A DNA stretch of 64,000 nt from Candidatus Omnitrophota bacterium (lineage in GTDB: Bacteria > Omnitrophota > Gorgyraeia > JAFGHF01), in contig JAZDHS010000004.1 in the NCBI GenBank assembly GCA_043805735.1, positions 583 to 64,582 of the forward strand, in the 5' to 3' direction. Positions within the stretch are counted from its first letter, which is position 1. Every line of letters begins with the position of its first letter. Below the pieces are notes generated by a model. The model searched no databases and had not been told where the DNA came from. It saw only the letters and a list, made by a program, of their open reading frames with translations. Both the position numbers and the translations under genes were made by a program. Positions 49,704 through 60,146 of the stretch are shown here, piece after piece.

Positions 49704-50669
49704 ATGAGTAAAGAAAAAATTATAATCGGTCTGGATATTGAGAAACATTCCCTTAACCTGGTGAAGTTGGCCAAAGGGGCTAGCGGTGAAATCAAACTGC
49801 TGGATTTCGCTAGCGTATCCTTAAGCCCGGAATTGGCCCCAGCGGAAAAGGCGCGCCAGCTGGAAAACTTTGTGCGCGCCAAGGGGATTAACGCCCTGGC
49901 CGTGAACGTCGGCATCTCCGGGGAAACGGTAGTAGTCAGGTATATTGATTTACCGAAGATGAAAAAAAACGAAATCTCCCAGGCCCTGGCCTATGAAGCC
50001 CAGCAGTATATTCCGTTTAAAATGGAAGAAGTAATTTTTGATTTTCATCCGCTCAACGTTGCCCCCACGGGCAATAACCGGATGAAGGTGCTTTTGGTCG
50101 CCGCCAAAAAACAAGCGATTCTCAATTTCATCAAGTCAATTCAGCAAGCCGGCCTTAGGCCTAATCTCATTGACGTCAATTCGTTTGCGCTGATTAACTG
50201 TTTCACCGTCAACGGGCCAAAAGTAAAAGAAAGCGATATCTACGCTGTCTTGAATCTCGAGTTTGACGTGGTCAATATTAATATTCTTCAGGGTGGGTTG
50301 CCTTTTTTTACCCGTGATATTTCTTTGGAAGAGGCCAATGCGATCTCGGCCGCAAAAGGCGAAGCAAAGGCGGAACTGTTTGCGCCGGCCATGCCGCTCT
50401 TAGCCAGTTTAATCCGTGAGGTCAAAATTTCAATTGATTATTTTGAGAGCGAATTTGAAAAACAGGTGCCAATATTATATTTAAGCGGAGCAGGCGCGAA
50501 GTTTCCGGAGCTGGTGCAGGCTTTTTCCAGCCAACTCGGCCGGGAAGTTTTGCTTTGGGATCCCTTGCGTACCTTTGCGGTTGATGCCGCGCTGGGTGAC
50601 AGGCAGTTACTAAAAGATACTTCTATACAATTAGCCTTGGCCAGTGGCTTGGCGTTACGGGGAATATGA
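49704..50669 (+). CDS. pilM: Type IV pilus assembly protein PilM
   Basis: Actin-like ATPase fold of about 320 aa, the typical PilM size. Confidence 0.8.
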   Translation: MSKEKIIIGLDIEKHSLNLVKLAKGASGEIKLLDFASVSLSPELAPAEKARQLENFVRAKGINALAVNVGISGETVVVRYIDLPKMKKNEISQALAYEAQQYIPFKMEEVIFDFHPLNVAPTGNNRMKVLLVAAKKQAILNFIKSIQQAGLRPNLIDVNSFALINCFTVNGPKVKESDIYAVLNLEFDVVNINILQGGLPFFTRDISLEEANAISAAKGEAKAELFAPAMPLLASLIREVKISIDYFESEFEKQVPILYLSGAGAKFPELVQAFSSQLGREVLLWDPLRTFAVDAALGDRQLLKDTSIQLALASGLALRGI

Positions 50670-51154
50670 GCGTGGAGAGAAGCGGTTTCACCTTAATTGA
50701 ATTGATGATTGCTGCCGCGGTTTCATCGGTGGCGCTATTGGGCATTTTGGGTGTATTTAGCGGTTGTTTCGGTGTTGACGAATCGGCGGGACAGCTAACT
50801 ATTGCCGTCAACGGCGCACGTTATAAGATTGAAGAAATGCGTACCGAACGCGATATGGGCAACCCCCGTGCCGCCGGGCATTATAACGAAACCATCCCCA
50901 ATTGTTCCTTAGCGCACAGCGTGGCGATTGATATTATTGACGACGGATCGGACCCGGATGGCGTTAGCGAAGCGACGTTATACTGGATAAGCGTTTCGGT
51001 CACCTGGATGACGCGTGGCGGAAGAATCATCGGCGAAGATGACGGTACCGGAGGCGGCGCTGCGCTTGACGGCATCCTTAATGGCGGCGAAGATAGCAAT
51101 AATAATAATTTACTTGATTCGCCGGCGCAGATAGTTACTTTAATGAGGCTCTAG
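50666..51154 (+). CDS. Minor pilin / pseudopilin with prepilin-type N-terminus
   Basis: SGFTLIELMIAAAV class III signal at the N-terminus, GspH/PilV-like size. Confidence 0.75.
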   Translation: MSVERSGFTLIELMIAAAVSSVALLGILGVFSGCFGVDESAGQLTIAVNGARYKIEEMRTERDMGNPRAAGHYNETIPNCSLAHSVAIDIIDDGSDPDGVSEATLYWISVSVTWMTRGGRIIGEDDGTGGGAALDGILNGGEDSNNNNLLDSPAQIVTLMRL

Positions 51155-51156
51155 AG

Positions 51157-51693
51157 ATGCGCGAACGCGGTTTTACTTTAATCGAACTGATGATTGTATT
51201 AACGGTATTTGGTTTAATTCTTGGTGCGATCTTTGCCGTAATGTATGTAGGCAAGCAGTCCTGGTCGCAAGGCGGGACAAAGGTGGAAATACAACAAGAA
51301 GCGCGCCGGGCAATGGAAGAGATAGTGCGCGAACTGCGCGAAAGTGCCCAGGATGTTGTGACTGGCGTGCTTGCTGACGGAACTGCTTATAATGCGATTA
51401 CCTTTCGTATGCCCGATGATATCGATGGCGACGGAGATGTATTGGACGCTAACGGCGTTATTGAGTGGGGAACTCCGATTTCCTTTTCTGTAGGCGGTAT
51501 AAACAATGAGCAGCTTTTACGCACCAGCGCGGGCAATACCACGGTTCTTGGCAATCATGTGGTCAGCCTGCAGTTTACTCGCAATGCAGCTACTCCCAAT
51601 GTTATCGAAATCGACATCCAAACCCAACGGACTTCCCAGGAACAAAGGGTTTTTCAGGCGGCGTTAAGCTCAAAGGTGACACTGAGGAACTAA
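51157..51693 (+). CDS. Minor pilin (PilW/GspJ-like) with prepilin-type N-terminus
   Basis: RGFTLIELMIVLTVFGL class III signal at the N-terminus. Confidence 0.75.
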   Translation: MRERGFTLIELMIVLTVFGLILGAIFAVMYVGKQSWSQGGTKVEIQQEARRAMEEIVRELRESAQDVVTGVLADGTAYNAITFRMPDDIDGDGDVLDANGVIEWGTPISFSVGGINNEQLLRTSAGNTTVLGNHVVSLQFTRNAATPNVIEIDIQTQRTSQEQRVFQAALSSKVTLRN

Positions 51694-52739
51694 TGCGCCA
51701 AGAAAAAAAGCTAAAGCGTTTTCTGTTTGTGAAAAACAAAAAAGGTATTGTGCTGGTTGCCTGTTATTTTGTTATTGCTACGCTGGCGGTATTGGGTAGT
51801 GCATTTCTGGCCCGGAGCGTAAGCGAACAAAGGTTTGCCGAAAGGCAGCGCTCTTCGACACAGGCATTTTATTACGCCGAAGCCGGCCTGGAGAGGGCGG
51901 CGTGGTACCTCACCGATGTGGCGCCCGATGGCTCAAATGATGGTAACTGGCGTACTAGCAATTATCCGGCGCAGCCAGGAACAGGCGTAAATGACCCGCG
52001 GCAGGAAACATGCTCGGATGGTAGTTATATTATTTGGGTAGAGAACGAAGACAGTGATGTGCGTATCTATGCCCGTGGCACATCCGGAGGTATTACTCGA
52101 GAGCTTACTCAGCGGATTTCGGTGGATTCCATTCCTGCGCCTTTTGAATATGCCGTCTATGTCGGCGGAGCAATTAACGATTCCGGGGCGACTAATCTCA
52201 CGGTCAATGGCGATACACAAGAAGATGGTCCGGAATTGCCAACTGTAGATATGGCTTATTTCAGCGGTTTAGCTATCCCGAGCCAAAGGATTACCGGAAA
52301 CTATACTTTTGTCGCCGGTACCTATAACGGTGTTTGGTACATTGACGGCAATGTGAATATCGAAAGCAATGTGACGATTAACGGTTCGATTATTTCCACG
52401 GGTCATATTTCCACGGCCGGTTTTAACACGATTACGGTCAATGCTACCTTGCCGCAGCCGGCTTTGATCGCCCAGGGTAACTTTGATTTTAAAGACAGCT
52501 CGGTGATTACGGTCAACGGCATTATTTATGTCGGCGCAGATATGACTGGAAACTTTCTCTTGCAGCAGGCGGAAAACATTACCTTTAACGGCACGCTGAT
52601 TGTCGCCGGAAATCTCAATATCCAAAATAGCAATATGGTGGCCATTACTTATGATGAAGAGGCCATGGAAGATCCGCCGGTAGGTTTTTCCGGTTCGGGT
52701 GAAGTGCGACTTGTGGAACATGATTGGCAGGAATTTTAA
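51693..52739 (+). CDS. PilX-like pilus assembly/tip protein
   Basis: N-terminal TM segment plus the PilX_N-like motif (SSTQAFYYAEAGLERAAWYL). The C-terminal ~200 aa is N/T/G-rich repeats suggesting a beta-helix. Confidence 0.65.
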   Translation: MRQEKKLKRFLFVKNKKGIVLVACYFVIATLAVLGSAFLARSVSEQRFAERQRSSTQAFYYAEAGLERAAWYLTDVAPDGSNDGNWRTSNYPAQPGTGVNDPRQETCSDGSYIIWVENEDSDVRIYARGTSGGITRELTQRISVDSIPAPFEYAVYVGGAINDSGATNLTVNGDTQEDGPELPTVDMAYFSGLAIPSQRITGNYTFVAGTYNGVWYIDGNVNIESNVTINGSIISTGHISTAGFNTITVNATLPQPALIAQGNFDFKDSSVITVNGIIYVGADMTGNFLLQQAENITFNGTLIVAGNLNIQNSNMVAITYDEEAMEDPPVGFSGSGEVRLVEHDWQEF

Positions 52740-52756
52740 CCAGAGATGCGCTTAAG

Positions 52757-53377
52757 ATGATTGAAATTAATCTTTTACCCACGGAATTACGCGAAAAGAA
52801 GACCTTGGCCGTGCCGCAGATATTTCAGGCTAAGCTTGTGGGGATAGTTGTGCTTTGCATTTTAGCTACGCATCTTTTGCTGATTGTGGTGGCTGCAATG
52901 AGCGCAAAGCGGTTGGCTCACTTTAAGGTGAAACTGCAGACGCTTACTCCTAAGGGCAAAGAGGTCGCGCAACTCCAGGTAGAACTTAACGAAGCCAATA
53001 AAAAGATTCCGATGATTGAGCAGTTGATGCAAAATCGCATACTTTGGTCAAAAAAGCTCAGCCGGGTAAATGACCTAATGGTGCCTCGCGTGTGGTTGAG
53101 TGAGTTTTCTCTCAGAGAAGAGAAAGAAGAATTAGAGAACAAGGGTACGGGAAAACTGCTTATTATCCGCGGTAGTGCCGCTTCGCGTACCAAAGATGAG
53201 CCGGCTCTGGTCGGTATGTTTATGCAGAACTTGAAAGACGACCCAGTTTTTTCGGAAGATTTTTCGGATATAGAATTAGGCCCGATCCGCAAAAGGTTGA
53301 TTGGGGACACCGAGGTCATGGATTTTAATTTATATTGCCGGATTAAACCGGAACGCATAAAGGCCTTATCACGATGA
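52757..53377 (+). CDS. pilN: Type IV pilus assembly protein PilN
   Basis: Starts with the PilM-binding motif MIEINLLP, then a single TM segment. Met 52757 preferred over the listed 52724. Confidence 0.8.
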   Translation: MIEINLLPTELREKKTLAVPQIFQAKLVGIVVLCILATHLLLIVVAAMSAKRLAHFKVKLQTLTPKGKEVAQLQVELNEANKKIPMIEQLMQNRILWSKKLSRVNDLMVPRVWLSEFSLREEKEELENKGTGKLLIIRGSAASRTKDEPALVGMFMQNLKDDPVFSEDFSDIELGPIRKRLIGDTEVMDFNLYCRIKPERIKALSR

Positions 53378-53970
53378 ACCCAGGCGCATCTTCTGCAGAA
53401 CTAGGTAGCCAAAAAATTAAGGAAATACTTTCCGATAAAAATACGCAGAACGCCATTCTTATCGTTTTTTTGGTATTGAGTTATATGCTTGTCCTTTTCT
53501 TGCCCAAGGCCAAGGCGATAGTGCGTAATGCTTCACAGGCAGCAAAGGTAAAGGTCGAAATTGTAAAATTGGAGAAGGATTGGGCCGGTAGTAGCGCCAT
53601 TGAACAAAGGATCAACCAACTCAACGAAAAAATTGATTTTTACGAAAAAGAACTGCCCGGAGAAAAAGAAGTCCCAGCGGTATTGCGCTACCTTTCGGAA
53701 TCGGCGCGCAAGCTCAATGTGAAAATTACCGAAATTAAGCCGGCTGATCAGAATGAAATTCCGGGAGAAGAAAGCTCAGCAATTTATTTTAGCGTGCCGA
53801 TTTTGCTGAAAGCGGAATGTGGTTATCATCAGTTGGGCCGCTTTATTAGCGATTTGGAGAGCGCCGACCGGTTTATGAAAATTAGTGATATTAAAATCAT
53901 GCAAAATTCAACTGACCCCGTAAGCCACTATGTGCGTCTGACGGTGGTTACCTATGTGCTAAGACAATGA
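53374..53970 (+). CDS. pilO: Type IV pilus assembly protein PilO
   Basis: Bitopic protein with TM segment, coiled coil and periplasmic domain, in canonical position. Confidence 0.7.
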   Translation: MNPGASSAELGSQKIKEILSDKNTQNAILIVFLVLSYMLVLFLPKAKAIVRNASQAAKVKVEIVKLEKDWAGSSAIEQRINQLNEKIDFYEKELPGEKEVPAVLRYLSESARKLNVKITEIKPADQNEIPGEESSAIYFSVPILLKAECGYHQLGRFISDLESADRFMKISDIKIMQNSTDPVSHYVRLTVVTYVLRQ

Positions 53971-54347
53971 TCCGCCAACGCGTTTTTATTTTTTTAGGAA
54001 TTTTTTTAATGCCTTGCCTGGCCTTTAGGTTTTGCGTGGCAGAAGAAGATCTGTTTGCCTATAAGGACAGTGGAAAGCGCGATCCTTTTATAGCTTTAGT
54101 TAGCGAACAGGGCCGCTACATCGCCGAAAGCGGAGAAATGTACTCATCAAATGAGTTGCGGGTGAGCGGTATTTTGTGGGATCCCGAAGGTAAAAGTTCG
54201 GCGTTAATTAATGACCAGATGGTGGCCGAAGGCGAAACATTTTACGGTTTCCTGATTAAAGAAATTCGTCAAGACCATGTTACTGTTTCCCGTGATGGCC
54301 AAGACTATACCATCTGGGTTATCGGAGAAAAGGAGGATCATCAATGA
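53967..54347 (+). CDS. pilP: Type IV pilus assembly lipoprotein PilP-like
   Basis: Small secreted or lipoprotein with a beta-rich C-terminus, between pilO and pilQ. Confidence 0.6.
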   Translation: MIRQRVFIFLGIFLMPCLAFRFCVAEEDLFAYKDSGKRDPFIALVSEQGRYIAESGEMYSSNELRVSGILWDPEGKSSALINDQMVAEGETFYGFLIKEIRQDHVTVSRDGQDYTIWVIGEKEDHQ

Positions 54348-55855
54348 AAACGAAATGGGTAAAAATGCGGGCGGTATTTTTACTCTTAGGCGTAGGGATA
54401 TTCCTGGCGGTTTACGGGCAGACATTTCAGCCGGTGTTGCAGGCGCAACAGGAACAGGCGGTAACGGAATCAGAGGAGCCCATAGCGCTTTTGCCGCCAG
54501 CGGCAGAGCAGGCGCAAGAACCGCTATCAGCGGAGTCGGCGCAGGCGCTGGAAGAAGCTAGCACAACTAAGCCGGAGAATATCACGGTTGATTTTAAGGA
54601 TGCCGATATCCACGATGTGCTCAAGATTATCGCTTATAAAAGCGGGATAAATATTGTTGCCGGTAAAGATGTGATTGGCACGGTGACTATTCGCCTGGTC
54701 GATGTGCCTTGGGAGCGGGCCTTAGAAGTGATTCTGAAAAATGCCGGATTTGTCTATGAACGCGATCAGGATATCATTCGGGTAACCACGATTGACAACT
54801 TAAGCAAGGAAGAACTATCTACTGAAATCTTCATTCTTAATTATGCCGATGCCGAGCAAATTTCCGAATCGATTAAATCGATGCTTACCTCCCGGGGCAG
54901 TATTAAATTTGACGAGCGGACTAATCAGGTCGTGGTTACCGATGTACCGACCAATTTGTATAAAATCGGTAAGGTCGTGGAGAAGCTCGATCAGCGGACT
55001 CATCAGGTAGTCATTGAGGCGAAGGTAATTGAAACGACCTTAGCTGATGACGAAAATTTAGGGATTAATTGGACCGCGCAGGTCTCGGCAAACGGCGCTA
55101 CCCGGCCGCTAATGTTTCCTTGGGCTTACTATAAATCGTATGGCAAGACTGGATTAGAATATTTCCCGCAAGTAGATACTACCGCGGATGAGTTTGCGGC
55201 CAGCCAGTCCAACGGTTTTCCCTATGCGCCTTACGCCAATCAAACCGAAGGCGGAGATTTTCGCTTTGGGACTTTGAGCTTTGAGAATTTACAAATGATC
55301 CTCAATCTATTAAGGACGCGCAGCGATACCAAAACTCTTTCTAATCCCAGTATAGTTACATTAAATAATAAAGAGGCGGTCATTCATGTCGGTGAAGATT
55401 TCGGTGTGCCTACCTACGAACGCAATACTTCTACGGGAACGATGGAGATTACCGGCTATACCACCAGAAAGGTCGGCGTAAAGCTAACCGTTACGCCCCA
55501 TGTGAACGCCGAAAAAGAAATTGTGATTGATATGCATCCTGAAGTGAGCGCTTTTGTGCGCAATCAAATTTTTGGCGATATTGAGGTTCCCGTTTTTTCG
55601 GTGCGCGAAGCCACTACGCAGATTATGGTCAAGGATGGGGACACGATTGTTATCGGTGAGCTGATCTCCGATACTAACATTGATGCGGTACGTAAAATAC
55701 CGATCCTGGGTGATATCCCTTTAATCGGGCATATCTTCCGCAGTACCACCAAAGGCGTGGATAAAACTGATTTAATCATTTTTATTACTGTGCGCCTAAT
55801 TGATACCGAAGGCAAAAAAATTGCCCAACAACAGACGAAAGCCGAAGAAAAATGA
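54344..55855 (+). CDS. pilQ: Type IV pilus secretin PilQ
   Basis: Signal peptide, N-terminal secretin_N-like region, and C-terminal secretin domain (VIETTLADDENLGINW...IPILGDIPLIGHIFR). Confidence 0.9.
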   Translation: MKTKWVKMRAVFLLLGVGIFLAVYGQTFQPVLQAQQEQAVTESEEPIALLPPAAEQAQEPLSAESAQALEEASTTKPENITVDFKDADIHDVLKIIAYKSGINIVAGKDVIGTVTIRLVDVPWERALEVILKNAGFVYERDQDIIRVTTIDNLSKEELSTEIFILNYADAEQISESIKSMLTSRGSIKFDERTNQVVVTDVPTNLYKIGKVVEKLDQRTHQVVIEAKVIETTLADDENLGINWTAQVSANGATRPLMFPWAYYKSYGKTGLEYFPQVDTTADEFAASQSNGFPYAPYANQTEGGDFRFGTLSFENLQMILNLLRTRSDTKTLSNPSIVTLNNKEAVIHVGEDFGVPTYERNTSTGTMEITGYTTRKVGVKLTVTPHVNAEKEIVIDMHPEVSAFVRNQIFGDIEVPVFSVREATTQIMVKDGDTIVIGELISDTNIDAVRKIPILGDIPLIGHIFRSTTKGVDKTDLIIFITVRLIDTEGKKIAQQQTKAEEK

Positions 55856-57366
55856 ACCAAGAAATACTGATTAATGTTGAGCTGCAGGAAAAGCGGGTGG
55901 CCATTATCGAAGGCCGGACGCTGGAGGAGTTTTACGTTGAACGCCAGGGGGCGCAACGGCTGGTCGGCAACATTTATAAAGGCGTGGTTGATTCGATCGT
56001 CCCGGCCATTGGCGCGCTATTTGTAAACATCGGTTTGGAGAAGAATGGGTTTCTCTATGCCCAGGATTTGACCCTTCCCGACTATGAAAAGATGGCTGAG
56101 CTGATTGACCGGCCTTCTACCGAAGGGGTAGGGCCTAACGGTAGAACTAAATCGCAACATATCGATATTAAAGAAATGTTCAAGGTTGGGCAGGAGCTAA
56201 TGGTCCAATTGGTTAAAGAACCGTTGAGTACCAAGGGCGCCCGTCTGACGCCGCATGTTTCCTTACCAGGGAGGTTTCTTGTGCTGATGCCCGGGGCACA
56301 TCATGTGGGCATCTCGCGGCGCATCCAGGACAATAAAGAAAGAGCCCGCCTGAAAGAATTGCTCAAGAGTATCAAGCTTCCCGCGCAGGGAGGTTTGATT
56401 GTGCGTACCGCCGGTTTTGGCGCCACCAGGCGGGAGTTTTTGCAAGATTTACATTACCTGACTAATCTCTGGCGCAGGATTAAGCTGGCCTACCAGAAAA
56501 AGTCCACCCCGGGTTTAATCCATGAGGAATACGATTTGGTGCTGCGTACGGTAAGAGACAGTGTTACGGTACAGACCGCCCGCCTGTTAGTTGACTCCAA
56601 AACAGAATATAAAAATATTATCTATTTCCTGAGCGCTGTGGCTCCGCATTTACGCAACCGCATTCATTACTACGGCGCCGATGTGCCGCTGTTTGAAAGA
56701 AGAGGGGTAGAGGACGAAATTACCAAAATCTTTGAACGCAAGGCCGCCTTGCCTTCCGGTGGGCATATTATGATTGAACCGACCGAGGCCTTGGTGGCTA
56801 TCGATGTGAACAGTGGAAAATTTACCCGCAAAAAAGACCCCGAAGAAACCGCTTATCAGGTTAATCTCGAGGCCGCCCGGGAAATTGCCCGCCAGGTTCG
56901 CTTGCGTGATATGGGGGGTATTATTATTATTGATTTTATTGATATGAAGTTTGCCTCCCATCGCCAGAGTGTGTTAGCTGCGCTTAGTGAAGCGCTAAAA
57001 CGCGACCATCATGCCAAGACGGATATCTCCACAATATCAGAACTGGGATTAGTCCAAATGACCAGGCAGAGAGTGCGAAAAAGCCTGGAGAGCGTGGCTT
57101 ATCAGACCTGTCCTTACTGTCAGGGCAAGGGATTAGTAAAATCGCCGGCAACTTTGGCCATTATCGCCCTGCGCCGGATTAAAAAGATCTTCCAAAGAAG
57201 CAAAAAACGCACTATTCTGGTACAGGCCCACCCCGATGTAGCCTCATATCTGGTAAATGAAAATCGGCAGACCATCGCCACCCTGGAAGGGACATTCAAG
57301 GCCAAAATTTTAATTAAGCAAGACGTGTCGATTCATATGGAAGATGTTACCATAGAGACTGTCTAA
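55852..57366 (+). CDS. rng: Ribonuclease G/E family endoribonuclease
   Basis: S1 domain followed by the RNase E/G catalytic core (DVNSGKF, IIIDFIDM). Its start overlaps the pilQ stop. Confidence 0.9.
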   Translation: MNQEILINVELQEKRVAIIEGRTLEEFYVERQGAQRLVGNIYKGVVDSIVPAIGALFVNIGLEKNGFLYAQDLTLPDYEKMAELIDRPSTEGVGPNGRTKSQHIDIKEMFKVGQELMVQLVKEPLSTKGARLTPHVSLPGRFLVLMPGAHHVGISRRIQDNKERARLKELLKSIKLPAQGGLIVRTAGFGATRREFLQDLHYLTNLWRRIKLAYQKKSTPGLIHEEYDLVLRTVRDSVTVQTARLLVDSKTEYKNIIYFLSAVAPHLRNRIHYYGADVPLFERRGVEDEITKIFERKAALPSGGHIMIEPTEALVAIDVNSGKFTRKKDPEETAYQVNLEAAREIARQVRLRDMGGIIIIDFIDMKFASHRQSVLAALSEALKRDHHAKTDISTISELGLVQMTRQRVRKSLESVAYQTCPYCQGKGLVKSPATLAIIALRRIKKIFQRSKKRTILVQAHPDVASYLVNENRQTIATLEGTFKAKILIKQDVSIHMEDVTIETV

Positions 57367-57370
57367 ACAC

Positions 57371-57399
57371 TTGACAGCGGCGAAGTTATGTGGTAGCAT
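57371..57399 (+). promoter_or_regulatory. Sigma70-like promoter (TTGACA-17-TAGCAT) for rplU-rpmA
   Basis: Read directly from the sequence upstream of rplU. Confidence 0.45.
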
Positions 57400-57437
57400 A
57401 TTTCTTCCATTTTGAGTTGAACAAGGAGACCAAGCCA

Positions 57438-57752
57438 ATGTATGCAATAGTCGCAGTAGGGAATAAACAATATAAGATTACCGAAAATGACCAAATTGTG
57501 ATCGAGAGGACAACTGCCCCGCGCACACACAAGTTGTCTTTAGATAAGGTGCTGGTGATGGTAAAGGATAAGAAAATAACTGTCGGTACTCCTTATATCA
57601 AGGACGCTAAAGTAGAGTGTGAAGTTTTGGCCCAGGTCAAGGGCGAGAAAAAGATTGCCTACCGGTATCGCCGGCGGAAAAGTTCACAGTCAAAAAAAGG
57701 GCATCGCCAAAAATGCCTCTTACTGAAAGTAAAAAACATAAAAGTAGGATAG
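57438..57752 (+). CDS. rplU: 50S ribosomal protein L21
   Basis: MYAIVAVGNKQYKI... with AAGGAG SD 8 nt upstream. The listed ORF start at 57390 is an upstream extension. Confidence 0.95.
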   Translation: MYAIVAVGNKQYKITENDQIVIERTTAPRTHKLSLDKVLVMVKDKKITVGTPYIKDAKVECEVLAQVKGEKKIAYRYRRRKSSQSKKGHRQKCLLLKVKNIKVG

Positions 57753-57767
57753 AAATGAGGATCAGAA

Positions 57768-58031
57768 ATGGCACATAAAAAAGGATTAGGCAGCTCGCGC
57801 AACGGTCGCGATAGCCACTCGCAACGATTAGGCGTAAAACGCTTTGGCGGAGAATTAGTAAGCGCCGGCAGCATCATTATTAGGCAAAGAGGGACGCGGT
57901 ATTTCCCCGGCTCTAACGTAGGCATGGGAAGGGACCACACGCTTTTTGCTAAAGTGGATGGATTGGTTGAATTCCTCAAGCCGCGTGTCGTGAGCGTAAA
58001 GGCTCAAGCGCGTATCTTAAATGACCGATAA
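57768..58031 (+). CDS. rpmA: 50S ribosomal protein L27
   Basis: [16 protein letters not shown]... canonical L27 N-terminus, 87 aa. Confidence 0.95.
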   Translation: MAHKKGLGSSRNGRDSHSQRLGVKRFGGELVSAGSIIIRQRGTRYFPGSNVGMGRDHTLFAKVDGLVEFLKPRVVSVKAQARILNDR

Positions 58032-58986
58032 GGTTAAAATTTTTGTCAAGGCAGGAAACGGGGGTAACGGCTGCAACAGTTTTCGGGGCTTAAAGTTTAC
58101 CCGTTCCCGTAGGGCCGACGGTGGCCATGGTGGAAATGGCGCCGATATAATTTTTAAGGTTGATCGTAACCTGCTCTCACTTGATGAATTTAAGTTTCGG
58201 CAGCATTGTTATGCCGAACACGGCAAGGCCGGCGAATCAAATAAAAAAAAGGGGGCGGATGCGCGCCCCTGTATTATTAGAGTCCCCCCGGGCACGATTG
58301 TGCGCGACCTAAAATACGATATCGTCTTGCGCGACCTGGTGAATCCCGAGGAAGAGTTACTGGCAGCAAAAGGAGGCCGGGGCGGCAGGGGAAATGTCGT
58401 GACCAACGAAGCGATGGACGGTACGCTCGGGGAAGAAAAACAGTTGCTTTTGGAATTAAAACTTATCGCCGATGTCGCTGTAATCGGGTATCCTAACGCC
58501 GGCAAGTCCACCTTATTAAGTAAACTCACCCAAGCCCGCCCGAAAATTGCCAACTATCCCTTTACGACCACAACCCCTTTTTTAGGGGTATTAGTTTTTT
58601 CCGATTTCAAAGAGCCGCACTCACTCACGTTGATCGAGTTGCCGGCATTGGTGGATGGTGCGCATCAGGGTAAGGGCCTGGGCGCGGAGTTTTTACGCCA
58701 CGGCGAAAGGGCAAAAGCAGTATTGTATGTCCTGGATATGTCCGGCCAAGAAGGCCGCGACCCGATCGATGACTATCGCCATTTGGCGCAAGAGTTACTG
58801 CACTATAATCCCGGCTTGGCCCAAAAAAATAAAATCATTGCCGCCAATAAAATGGATCTTCCCGGAGCAGAAGAAAGATACAAACGCTTTTTGGCGAAAA
58901 CTAAAGAAAAGGTCTTAGCGATTAGCGCCCTGCAAAACACTGGAATAGAAGCGCTCGCTAAGCAATTAAGAAGTATTTTGAAATAG
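58021..58986 (+). CDS. obg: GTPase Obg (short form without C-terminal extension)
   Basis: Gly-rich Obg fold (GNGGNGC, GGHGGNG) plus G domain (GYPNAGKST, DxPG, NKMD). Confidence 0.9.
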   Translation: MTDKVKIFVKAGNGGNGCNSFRGLKFTRSRRADGGHGGNGADIIFKVDRNLLSLDEFKFRQHCYAEHGKAGESNKKKGADARPCIIRVPPGTIVRDLKYDIVLRDLVNPEEELLAAKGGRGGRGNVVTNEAMDGTLGEEKQLLLELKLIADVAVIGYPNAGKSTLLSKLTQARPKIANYPFTTTTPFLGVLVFSDFKEPHSLTLIELPALVDGAHQGKGLGAEFLRHGERAKAVLYVLDMSGQEGRDPIDDYRHLAQELLHYNPGLAQKNKIIAANKMDLPGAEERYKRFLAKTKEKVLAISALQNTGIEALAKQLRSILK

Positions 58987-58994
58987 GATAAACG

Positions 58995-60143
58995 ATGGAG
59001 AAACACAGATTACCTTTTAAGGTGCAAAGAGTAGTGGTAAAAGTAGGTACGCGGATTCTGACCACCAAAGACTACCATCTGGACAAGACTTGGATTAAAA
59101 AGCTGGTTGCGCAAATTACCCAGTTGATGGAAAAACATATTGAGGTAATTTTAGTTACTTCCGGAGCTATTGGGGCGGGAATGGGCATGCTCGGATTAAG
59201 CTCAAGGCCGAAATTACTTCCCCAGCAGCAAGCGGCGGCCGCAATCGGCCAGAGCCAACTGATGCGGGTCTATGATACTTTTTTTCGGCGGCATAAACTG
59301 TTAACCGCTCAAGTCCTCTTAACGCGTGAGGACTTGGTCAGCCGCAAAAGGTATCTCAATGCCAAGAATACCCTATTGACTTTATTGAGCCACAAAAACG
59401 TCATCCCGATTGTTAATGAAAACGATACCGTGTCAGTTGATGAGATAAAATTTGGCGACAATGACTATCTCTCCGCCCAGGTGGCGAGCCTAATTGGCGC
59501 CGAGCTTTTAATTATATTATCCGATGTCGATGGGCTTTATGCTACCCGGCCGACGAAGGATGCGGTTGCAAACAAACTCAGCCAAACTGTTATTGCTACA
59601 GTCGAAAAGATCGATGGTGAAATTGAAAAAGTGGCCACAAAAAGCGCAAGCGTAGTGGGCACTGGGGGCATGATTAGTAAATTAGCGGCAGCGAAAATCT
59701 GCGCTGCTTCCGGTACGGCTTGTATCGTGGCCAACGGCACAACCGAAAATGTGCTGCTGAAGATTATCGAAGGCGAAAATATCGGAACGCTTTTTTCCCC
59801 TAATCCTGCACAATTGGAAGCGAAGAAGCGTTGGATCGGTTTTAGCGCCCGTCTTAAAGGACAGATTTTTGTTGATGGCGGGGCGGCAATAGCGCTGATT
59901 GAGAAAAAGAGGAGCTTATTGCCCAAGGGTATCGTCAAGATCCGCGGTAATTTTGCCATTGGCGATACAGTGAGCGTTCTTGATCAGCACAATCATGAAT
60001 TTGCCCGCGGTTTAGTAAATTACTCGGCGCAGGAGCTGATCAAGATTAAGGGGCATAAGAGCGATCAAATTCAGTCAATCCTGGGATATAAATATTATGA
60101 TGAAGCTATTCAACGTGATAATTTGGTGATTGTCAAGGATTAA
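58995..60143 (+). CDS. proB: Glutamate 5-kinase (with PUA domain)
   Basis: Amino-acid kinase fold (VVKVGT, GNGGAIG-like) and a C-terminal PUA domain. Confidence 0.9.
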   Translation: MEKHRLPFKVQRVVVKVGTRILTTKDYHLDKTWIKKLVAQITQLMEKHIEVILVTSGAIGAGMGMLGLSSRPKLLPQQQAAAAIGQSQLMRVYDTFFRRHKLLTAQVLLTREDLVSRKRYLNAKNTLLTLLSHKNVIPIVNENDTVSVDEIKFGDNDYLSAQVASLIGAELLIILSDVDGLYATRPTKDAVANKLSQTVIATVEKIDGEIEKVATKSASVVGTGGMISKLAAAKICAASGTACIVANGTTENVLLKIIEGENIGTLFSPNPAQLEAKKRWIGFSARLKGQIFVDGGAAIALIEKKRSLLPKGIVKIRGNFAIGDTVSVLDQHNHEFARGLVNYSAQELIKIKGHKSDQIQSILGYKYYDEAIQRDNLVIVKD

Positions 60144-60146
60144 GCG

